A stretch of DNA of 64,000 bases from the IMG/VR virus record IMGVR_UViG_3300013137_001132, positions 650 to 64,649 of that record; one strand, given 5' to 3'. A program made the position numbers and the translations under genes. The notes under the pieces are model-generated. The model had not been told where the DNA came from, did no database searches, and saw nothing but the letters and a program-made list of their open reading frames with translations. Source of the DNA: a virus (Duplodnaviria > Caudoviricetes). This document shows positions 42,538-50,666 of this stretch, in pieces (position 1 is the first letter of the stretch; every line of letters starts with the position of its first letter).

Positions 42538-43106
42538 GTAAACGTTACCGTTGGAATTAAAGTACCCTGACACGATGCCCCTCCGCGACAACTCTCCGCT
42601 AAAAGAGGAGCTAGGGCAGGGGCAGAAGCGGAGGTTCAACCCTTTTCGCGCCGTCGCGCTAGCCCCGGCATTATGTATGGAAAAGCAACGCTTGGTGTAG
42701 GCGATACACTAAAACTGGCGATGTCCGACCGGGACACTAACACGCCGTAACCAGTTCCACGTCGCTAATTCCTGAAATTGGCGGCTGCGGGGGATTTCAC
42801 CCCGCTCATCTGCCTATCTGCGGTGGCTGGCCGTCAGCGCCGCCGGCTTATAGCACATCTTCCTTCGCAGTTGACAATAACCAGAAATCACGGCAGGCAT
42901 TCCGCGCCCGTTTGCGCTCCTGGCGATTGCGTGATCGTTTATCTGGTACACACTCACATTCATGGATGCGCGCTCGTATGAACGGTATCCAGTCATTGAC
43001 GCGGAACTTGGCCGCCGGTTTTATAGTCTAGTGATTTGGGGGCGTCCAGGTCGCTCAAGATGCTGGCGCGCCGACCATCCAGCTATACCCTCGATGCGCC
43101 CCACAG

Positions 43107-43179
43107 GGTAGACGGCGGGATTCGAACCCGCATTAACTGGTTCCACAAACCAGCGCCATGCCATTAGGCTACGTCCACC
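43107..43179 (-). tRNA. tRNA-His (GUG), CCA not encoded
   Basis: 8-bp acceptor with G-1:C73 (GGTGGACG/CGTCTACC), anticodon arm CTGGT-TTGTGGA-ACCAG, T arm GCGGG-TTCGAAT-CCCGC. Confidence 0.93.
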
Positions 43180-43920
43180 GTGTGCTCCACAGTCCCGCGG
43201 AGTTAACCCGCTCCCACTAAGGGGCACGTATGTCAGGTTGCGGGAGTGGTTCGCCCCGCTCTTCGCGGCCAGTTGCCGTGGCCCACCTGAAAGGCGCGGC
43301 TGCCATGTATTCACCCGTTGAGAGCAGTGGCGTCAATTCGCCACGCGGTCAATACTGCGCTCGGCATTGCCGGGCCTCCCTGCTCACATTGCTGGTGGCG
43401 GGACACGTGTACTCACGCGTTGCTCATCGCAGGCTCCTGCGCGCCGCCCGCCAGGGCGATAATAACTTGTAAGCACGACTCACAAGTTGAACCGCGTAAC
43501 TGACAGTCCCCGCAAAACGGTGACCGATCTCTTTCCAGGCGTGCTGGATGAGTCTGTGGCGGGGCGGGAGGCTCCTCCCGTTGCAGCTAAGTGCAGGCCC
43601 ATTATATGCCGCCCGCCAGGGCCTTACTCGATAGTCGCCAGGTCGCTCATCTTGGTAATGCTACCTCTCCCCGACCAGGGGTTTTGCGGGCCGAAGCCAG
43701 CCCATCATCATAGCGCGTTAGTCGCCTAAGCCCTACCATACGCCTTAGTGACGCGATGCCCTCGCCGGACTATCGGAGGAGCACGGATTACTACCGTTGC
43801 CACAGAGCAAATGCCTGGGACTATTCCCCACACCAAACGGCAACCTAGACGCTCGCGCGCGCACGGCGTGAAGCCGACTTTCAGTTGCCGATGGATACAA
43901 ACTTGCCATCCCTCCACCGC
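43180..43920 (-). ncRNA. Candidate large structured ncRNA or ncRNA cluster upstream of tRNA-His
   Basis: No convincing ORF, many GC hairpins, a duplicated GCCCTGGCGGGCGGC...CCCGCCAC domain, AGUA and T-loop-like motifs. Confidence 0.5.
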
Positions 43921-44506
43921 GAAGCGTGTTGAGCTTTTCTACTAGGTCAGGACGCCATTCTGACAGTGTCTTTGTGCCCATCTTGGAATTACATGAGCGG
44001 CACAAACAAAAACAATTATCGAATGTGGTGGCCCCACCACGTACCACTGGCATATCATGGGCTATCTCAAGACGCTCACAACTATCGCATACCAAACAGC
44101 CATAGGACTTGATAAAAGCAGCTTCTTCATCCGTTAGCGTACAAATCGTCGCGCTTTTTCGCGCCCTGCGATTAAGACCTTGCCTTAGAATAATGTCGGG
44201 ATGGGTTGCTTTATACTGCTTATCGTACTGTCTCCTCCTATCCCTATTTTCCATTCTGTATTGGGCGTTATAAGTTCTTATTTCTTCAGCATGTTCGACC
44301 CTATATCGCCCATTATATTCCCTGATCTCGTCCTGGCGTATGGTATCACTTATTTCGCGAAGGGCATGCCTTCTTTCAATATACCCCGCCGCATAATATG
44401 GAGCGGACACCCGGTGGCGCACCCTCTCCTTAGCATTGTACGCCATAGTGCAGAGGGATTCTAATAATAGCAATCTCTCCCTTGACGTGACATCATTTTC
44501 TAACAT
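43745..44506 (-). CDS. HNH endonuclease whose C-terminal tail reads into the structured RNA region
   Basis: CLVCDS...AHDMPVVRGG...NCFCLCRSCNSKMG. Confidence 0.8.
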   Translation of the reverse strand: MLENDVTSRERLLLLESLCTMAYNAKERVRHRVSAPYYAAGYIERRHALREISDTIRQDEIREYNGRYRVEHAEEIRTYNAQYRMENRDRRRQYDKQYKATHPDIILRQGLNRRARKSATICTLTDEEAAFIKSYGCLVCDSCERLEIAHDMPVVRGGATTFDNCFCLCRSCNSKMGTKTLSEWRPDLVEKLNTLRGGGMASLYPSATESRLHAVRARASRLPFGVGNSPRHLLCGNGSNPCSSDSPARASRH

Positions 44507-44922
44507 ATCCCTTCCTTTGTTACCCTTAAGTTATGGCGCCGCCAAGTGGAAGGGTCTACCACCTTTCGGGAGCTACCCTAGACAGCGCCACCATATTTTA
44601 TTGTTAACGCAGGCCCATCCACCGCTGTATCCCTGCCCCGTAGGTTTATTACCTACACAGCTTCTTCTTCTCCATCATAGGGCTTGAGGGCGTCAACTAA
44701 TATGGTATGTTTACGCCACTGCATATCATTCCACCGCACGCGATGTTCGTCGTTCACGAGAAAGCGCAACCATTCAGGCCACCCTTCTCGCTTGCCGTAT
44801 TTCGATTGACACGCGGCGCATAAGACTTCGCGTCGGCTGCTCGTCGCTCGTTGGCACACTACGCAATGGTACAATGATATGCCCCCTACTCTCTATACGG
44901 ATTTAGAGGGCCAAAAGTCAAG

Positions 44923-45201
44923 TCATTTTGCAACGAGTTTTTGACGAATATTACATAATGTGTCTGCAATGCACTGTTTGGACACTCCCAGTACCACCGC
45001 TATCTCTTGCTGATTATACCCCTCATTCAGCATACGCGCAATCTCGCGTTGCCTCGACGTTAGCGCGTCAAGGAGCTCGTCGGCAGACTCAGAGGCAATG
45101 AGAGTATCAATCATCCTGCTCTTCTTCGCGCGTCCCGCCGTGCCAATAGCATCCATAGCACCACTCGCCAGGAACCCCACTGCCATCACAACGAATGCCA
45201 T
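44923..45201 (-). CDS. Sigma70 region 4/LuxR-like HTH regulator (start probably MIDTL)
   Basis: LTSRQREIARMLNEGYNQQEIAVVLGVSKQCI. Confidence 0.75.
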   Translation of the reverse strand: MAFVVMAVGFLASGAMDAIGTAGRAKKSRMIDTLIASESADELLDALTSRQREIARMLNEGYNQQEIAVVLGVSKQCIADTLCNIRQKLVAK

Positions 45202-45309
45202 GTTGCTTATCGAGAATCTTTACCCATGCTGCGGGTAACATTGCATCTGGCAATGTAAATAGCTTTTTATCCGCATTGCAGATATAAGTAGAGACTACGG
45301 TACGTTGTT

Positions 45310-45687
45310 TCATGGTTGCGCCGCCATCGCGATCAGGAAGGCGCGGCAGATAGCTAGTGGCGCGGTGTTGGCCTGTCCGCCGCGAAAGAGCGAGTCCCCA
45401 CCGCTTCTCGCCGACAAAAAAACGGTGGCAGTCCAATTCTGCCTCTCCGAATTGTACGCGACACAGACGTAAAAGCACGACCGCATCACGACCAGGGCAT
45501 CGTTCATGTCGGCAGAGGGATGCCACCATGTAACGCTCATTTGTGGCACACCCGCGTTGTCAACCCACATCGGGAACCCAATCTCATTGTTGGAGTGCCA
45601 TCCCAACGCCTCGGTGACCGCGGCGTCCATCTCAGGGCCAGCGGGCAGCGCGTCGATCTGCTCAGGCGTCAGCATAAGCCGCCTCAT
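45310..45687 (-). CDS. Phage ABA-sandwich-like protein
   Basis: AGPEMDAAVTEALGW...WHPSADMNDA...APLAICRAFL. Confidence 0.65.
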   Translation of the reverse strand: MRRLMLTPEQIDALPAGPEMDAAVTEALGWHSNNEIGFPMWVDNAGVPQMSVTWWHPSADMNDALVVMRSCFYVCVAYNSERQNWTATVFLSARSGGDSLFRGGQANTAPLAICRAFLIAMAAQP

Positions 45688-46030
45688 TGCATGCGGCGCA
45701 AGCGCCGGCTATGGTGCAGTATCCGAAAACAAATGCCTCTGGTCTATCCATCACTGCCCTCCCGAAGAAGGGGCACTCCCGCGTGCCGTGCTTTGACCAG
45801 TCCGCGACCGGCACATCGGCCGGCAGGTCAAGGGCGTTGCGCAACGCTTGGATCGCTGTCTCTGGGTCAACCGCGATTTCCCCCGGCCGGCAGAATATCC
45901 AGTGCTGGTCATCATAGCCAACCAGCGCCCGCGCCGCCGTCTCGATTCGCTCAGCTCGTGTCATGGCTCATTCTCCCTTCTCGCATGGCGCGAGCAGCCC
46001 CCAACCCGCGCCATGCCAATACGCAAGTGG

Positions 46031-47437
46031 CTACGAATCTTCGTCCTGTGATACGCTAATCCCCTCAAGCGCCGCGATGTACTCCAAGAAGTGCTGGCTC
46101 CATCCCGCGATCTCAGCAGTCCATACCCCATCGTAGTTCACGCCATGCGTATGTGCTCCCACGTCGATGATGTAGTTGCGCTCACCGAACGGGGCAGGAA
46201 CGCGCTTGCCGGGATAGTCGCAGTCCTGGGAGTCAGAGAACACCATGATACGAGCGGGCTTGCCTTCGCTATGTGCCTTGATGTATTCAAGGCACTGTCT
46301 CGTGAAGATGCCGCCGCCGCCCATACTGTTGAGCGCGTTCTGGATCTGATCTGCCAGAGCAAACCCGCGATAGGATTTGAGTTGCACCGTGTTGTGTAGA
46401 TGCCTGAAGTCGTCCCCGGCCGTCACCCAAATGTCCACGTGCTCGCACATTTCAGCGGCCAGCATCGCCATCGCCGCAGCAGCATCTAGGCGCGTCATGT
46501 CGCTCTTGTCACTGAGCGCGGCCCGCATGGAACCAGACACATCCACGACGACTACAGAACGTCCGGGGAGTTTTTGCTTCATGGAAAGGCCACGCAGCAT
46601 CAGGTCTTCCAACTCACGCGTCCACTCCGGCGCGTATCTTGCAGCCGCCATGTAATTGACAGGAAGAAGCCACTTGGGGTTGATCGTCTCAAAGCCGCGC
46701 TCGATGACCCCGCGGCTGACTTTCGCTTCCTTCATGTTACGCAAGTTCCGCACGAAGGCCAGCGCACCCAGCTTCTTCTCGCCGATAAGCCGTTCCCACG
46801 TCGCCTTCTTATCTGCGCCAGAGGACAACGCGACCTCCCAAGTGTCCGGCGTCGGAAGCGTATTCTCCGCGATCTGCTTGTACAGTTCTTCGCGTTCCTG
46901 GGTGGGCTTCGGGTGCACCATAAAGAGCACGTCCCTCAGCTTAACCGCCGCGTCGTCCTTCTTGTACTTCCCGAACTCGTAGGCGTTGAACTGCCCGAAC
47001 GCCACGGCGAGTCCGAGCTTGACCTGCTTTGCCAGCGGACATTTGCCGTCACGCCAATAGAGGGCCAAAAAATCGCTCAGTTGATCGGCCCGCGTGATGA
47101 TCTTGGGGAGAAGTCCCCCCAACAGTATGCAGTATTCTGGAAGCCGGGCCATCTCGCGCGCGATGAACAGCGGGACGTGACGAAGCCCCTGATTACAACG
47201 CGCCTCAATGGCGATGTCGAACACCGTGCCGGCAGGAACTTGCGGAATCAGATTCTTAATCTCATCCGCGACGAAGACGCCTGTCTGGTAATACTGATCT
47301 TCCCATAACAGATTTGCCATGACCGCGCGACGCAAAAGGGACTCGGCATCCTGCTTGGCTGCGAATGTTCCGTAGCCGCCAGCTAACCGAGTCCCCCTGT
47401 CCAACCGATAGTCCTTCGCCTTCTCGTTGACCTTCAT
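46031..47437 (-). CDS. rsr: Ro60/TROVE-vWA RNA-binding protein
   Basis: LLWEDQYY, RADQLSDFLA, FNAYEFGKY, KLRDVLFMVHPKP, PDTWEVALS, LGALAFVRNLRN, vWA MIDAS DVSGSM, FSDSQ. Confidence 0.92.
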   Translation of the reverse strand: MKVNEKAKDYRLDRGTRLAGGYGTFAAKQDAESLLRRAVMANLLWEDQYYQTGVFVADEIKNLIPQVPAGTVFDIAIEARCNQGLRHVPLFIAREMARLPEYCILLGGLLPKIITRADQLSDFLALYWRDGKCPLAKQVKLGLAVAFGQFNAYEFGKYKKDDAAVKLRDVLFMVHPKPTQEREELYKQIAENTLPTPDTWEVALSSGADKKATWERLIGEKKLGALAFVRNLRNMKEAKVSRGVIERGFETINPKWLLPVNYMAAARYAPEWTRELEDLMLRGLSMKQKLPGRSVVVVDVSGSMRAALSDKSDMTRLDAAAAMAMLAAEMCEHVDIWVTAGDDFRHLHNTVQLKSYRGFALADQIQNALNSMGGGGIFTRQCLEYIKAHSEGKPARIMVFSDSQDCDYPGKRVPAPFGERNYIIDVGAHTHGVNYDGVWTAEIAGWSQHFLEYIAALEGISVSQDEDS

Positions 47438-47455
47438 GTTTTTCTCCTTTCAGTA

Positions 47456-47727
47456 CCGGGGGAACGAACAGATCGGGTTTGTACTTTCCGAAGAAGTATC
47501 CCAATCCTACACCACCCGGACGATACGCTCATTAAGCTGGGGAACGGACGGAAAGAGTTACGGTTAGCACCCTACCCGAAGGCTAGGGAAGCCATCTTGC
47601 AGAAAGAAGTATCTCTTTCCTACACCACCAGCTTGTTGTTAAAGATGTCGGGGAACAAGCGGCGACGGGTATGTTTTCGCTTATCATTTACAGTGATATG
47701 AAGTACCCGTAACCTACGCCACCGACA
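47456..47727 (-). ncRNA. Array of three Y-RNA-like units (47727-47646, 47634-47534, 47519-47456)
   Basis: Each unit: closing stem, GGTGGYGTAGG, covarying stem, TACTTC, variable insert, stem, GTTCCCC; lies between a promoter and the TROVE gene. Confidence 0.75.
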
Positions 47728-47732
47728 ATATC

Positions 47733-47761
47733 ATTGTACCACGGGGAGCATTAGAAGTCAA
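47733..47761 (-). promoter_or_regulatory. Sigma70 promoter for the RNA array and TROVE gene
   Basis: TTGACT-N17-TACAAT with extended TG; predicted start at about 47727, the first base of the first unit. Confidence 0.8.
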
Positions 47762-47802
47762 GGGGTTGCGGTAAACAGAACCTTAAATTTTCATCACCCC
47801 CC

Positions 47803-47831
47803 TTGACTTTTGTATGACATTATTATAGAAT
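47803..47831 (+). promoter_or_regulatory. Divergent sigma70 promoter for the recombination/replication operon
   Basis: TTGACT-N17-TAGAAT followed by GGAGG and ATG 47849. Confidence 0.8.
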
Positions 47832-48650
47832 GAGTGCGGAGGTGAGAAATGGAGCCGACTTACGGAATAGTAACCCATGCGGATTCAAGTTCGATTATAG
47901 TTAATGACCTGCACGACATCCCGCCAGTCGGGACACACGTGCTGGTCTCGTGGACAGACGACCACGTTTGTCCGAAGTTGACCCAGGAACAGCAGGAACG
48001 CGCCAGTCTGGGAATCGTGGAGGGCCAGTGGATTATGCAGCTTCTTGGAAGGGATGGTTTGTGGTGCGATTCGTTTGACATCGTGGCATGTCCGTTCTGT
48101 GGGGAGAAGTTGCCATGAGACACACGATCAAGGGCCGGGTCGAAAGCGATGAGCAAGGCCGCTATATCTCGTCAGGGGAAATGCCCGACACTGGTACAGA
48201 GGTTGAGGTTTCTTGGGACGAACCCAAAGAGCCGCACAACTACAAGTACGAGCCTTCGGGAAGCAAAATACAGCCTATCTGTTATGCGGGGGGCCGTTCA
48301 TATCCCGTGGTACTCTGTCCGTGGTGTGGAGAGAGGCTATCATGAGAAGGCTGAAGATCGGTGGGAGCAGAATCAACGCAGAGCACATCGTTGCCGCTAA
48401 CGGAAACATCCAGTATGTAGACATCGTCTTTGCGAACAATGGATTGCTCACGCTTACCGACGAAGAAGCTGAAGCCTTCCTGTGGTGGTGGGACACCTAC
48501 CCCATTACCAGGAGCACTTTATGCATTGATGTGGTTGAGGCATATCGCGCAGTGAAGAAGCCAGACGTGACGCCAGGCGATTCAGACGACGACGACATTA
48601 CCCTAGAGGTGGATTGGTGTGATGGAATGGGAGATCAATAGGAGAAATCA

Positions 48651-49559
48651 ATGACTAATGCAATCGTGAAGGTAGACCCGATTCTGATGCCGCAGACCCT
48701 TGCGGCCGTGATGGAACTGAGCGAGGTGCTTGCTAAGAGCGGCATTCTGCCAAGTTACCTGAACACGCCGTCGAAGGTAGCAACGGTTATCTTGGCTGGA
48801 CGCGAGTTCGGACTGTCGGCAATCCAGTCAACCAAGCTGATCTTCGTAGACACAAAGGGTAGGTGGGGTATGATGACGGCGCTAATTGGGGCGCGCATCT
48901 TTCATCTGGGCCATTCCTATGAGGTCAAGGAACTCACCGTAGAGAAATGCACCATCGAGTTCACTCGCAAAGGACATGCCCCCGTATCCTATACCGTGAC
49001 CATAAAAGAGGCTCATGAGGGCAAATGGGATTCGGATTGGGACAACTCAAAGTCTGAGTGGAAGACTAAGGCAACGTGGCGCTCCTATCCCCGTGACATG
49101 CTATTCAATCGCTGCCTTGCGATGGGTGCCCGCAAGTTCATGCCAGACATCTGCGCGGGGTTCTATACGCCAGACGAGCTTGGAGTGTCAACTGCCGTTA
49201 CCGATGAGGGCGAAGAGATGGTGGACGGCGAGTGTAGACCAGTCCCAGAACCCGTCGGGGGAGACGAACCATCCCCCAAGACCGAGCCGGAACCCAAGTC
49301 GGAACCGCAGGAAGCATCCGATCTGACAACGCGTGGCGCAAGGCTTACCGCATTGCAAGACGTCCTGAAGCGGCTCGCGGGATTTGACCCCCAAGAGCAT
49401 GGCCCCTACTGGGCACGCAACCACGTGGCGAAGCATTACAATAAGAAAGCTAACTCTGATCTCACTGACCTGGAAATCAATGAGTTCTACGAAGAAGCGC
49501 TCGGCATCCTCGCGGGCGTACAAGAGCAACTAGCGAAGGAGGCTGGTAATGTGGCATAA
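48651..49559 (+). CDS. RecT/Bet-like single-strand annealing protein
   Basis: LAKSGILP...ILAGREFGL...WRSYPRDMLFNRCLAMGARKFMPD...YTPDEL. Confidence 0.75.
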   Translation: MTNAIVKVDPILMPQTLAAVMELSEVLAKSGILPSYLNTPSKVATVILAGREFGLSAIQSTKLIFVDTKGRWGMMTALIGARIFHLGHSYEVKELTVEKCTIEFTRKGHAPVSYTVTIKEAHEGKWDSDWDNSKSEWKTKATWRSYPRDMLFNRCLAMGARKFMPDICAGFYTPDELGVSTAVTDEGEEMVDGECRPVPEPVGGDEPSPKTEPEPKSEPQEASDLTTRGARLTALQDVLKRLAGFDPQEHGPYWARNHVAKHYNKKANSDLTDLEINEFYEEALGILAGVQEQLAKEAGNVA

Positions 49560-49887
49560 GGTGATGATTCTCGGTCGGTTGGGTGGCGATCCCGAAATGA
49601 AGTACACCGCGGAGGGCACGGCGGTAACCAATTTCTCGGTCGCGGCGAACCGCGGCGGGGACAAGCCCCCTGTCTGGTTCAGGGCATCGTGTTGGGAGAA
49701 GCAGGCCGAAGTAGTCAACACGTATCTGCACAAGGGCGATAGCGTCTTGATTGAAGGCAGCCTTGTCTCAGATGAAAGCGGAAGCCCGCGCGTGTACAAG
49801 AAGAAGGACGAGACTTACGGCGCGTCGTTCGAGGTCTACGTGGACAGGATTGTGTTCGCAGGAAAGGCAGCAGATCATGAAGACTGA
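49549..49887 (+). CDS. ssb: Single-stranded DNA-binding protein
   Basis: KVMILGRLGGDPEMKYT..GTAVTNFSVA...WF...YLHKGDSVLIEGSL. Confidence 0.92.
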   Translation: MWHKVMILGRLGGDPEMKYTAEGTAVTNFSVAANRGGDKPPVWFRASCWEKQAEVVNTYLHKGDSVLIEGSLVSDESGSPRVYKKKDETYGASFEVYVDRIVFAGKAADHED

Positions 49888-50387
49888 AGTGGAGCAACGG
49901 TTAGATGCACAGGGGAAGACTATAGAGTCGCTTGGCAATCGTCTTACGCGTGCCATCAACGAAATCGACAGTGAACTGGTGCGACAACGCGACTCGGCGG
50001 CGGCCACGCTGCTTGACCACGAGAAGCGGATCGTGCTGCTGGAAGATGTCCAGAGCCATCAGGCGGAGTCGTGGGAGAAGTGCCTTGCCGAGTTGCGTGA
50101 AGAACTGGGCCGCAAGATTCGCAGCGAAGCGATGGGCACAGAGAAGGTATTGGTGAATCACGAGGGGCGACTCAATGGTTTGGAAGCGCCAGAATTCGAC
50201 CCGCGCGATGACTTGCGGCCGACGGTGGTAGGCGATTGCGTGGTGGAAACGACAGCGCGCGATAAGGGCGTCTGGCAAACAGTTGTTCGGCGTAACGATA
50301 GATGCAAGGGGCTAACCTATTATCACAACCCCGAAGAGTGGCATACGCTCTTTGTGCAGATGGTGCGCTTCATCCAGGAGAAGTGAC

Positions 50388-50666
50388 ATGGAACGCGAGC
50401 TGACCGATCAACAAAGGTTAGTAGACGCGCTGGCTAAAGTGTGCCAAAGGGACTGGCACATCAGGGGGCAGGCGGCCCTCTTGGGGAAGTTCGCATCTCA
50501 ACTTATTAAGGCAGGGTATACCCCTGAAGATGTGGAGCAGTTCGGGACGTGGTGGTACAAGAATGACTGGCGTGGAAAGCGAGGCGACCCGCCAGCGCCG
50601 TACAACGTAGCGGAGTGCATCGGTCGCGTCGCGAAAATTGACTACAATGCAGGATGGGCGATATAG
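50388..50666 (+). CDS. Protein resembling a replication-initiator C-terminal domain
   Basis: LIKAGYTPEDV...WWYKNDWRGKRGDPP. Confidence 0.4.
   Translation: MERELTDQQRLVDALAKVCQRDWHIRGQAALLGKFASQLIKAGYTPEDVEQFGTWWYKNDWRGKRGDPPAPYNVAECIGRVAKIDYNAGWAI

Noticed and set aside
42779-43016. tmRNA
   Set aside because: No G3-U70 alanine identity pair, no tag frame ending in an LAA-like sequence, and it is shorter than typical.
43745-44650. Group I intron housing the HNH gene
   Set aside because: I found no interrupted host gene and none of the core motifs seen in the two capsid introns.
47456-47727. CRISPR array
   Set aside because: The conserved blocks are short and bipartite, the inserts are uneven in length and fold within the units, and no cas genes are present.
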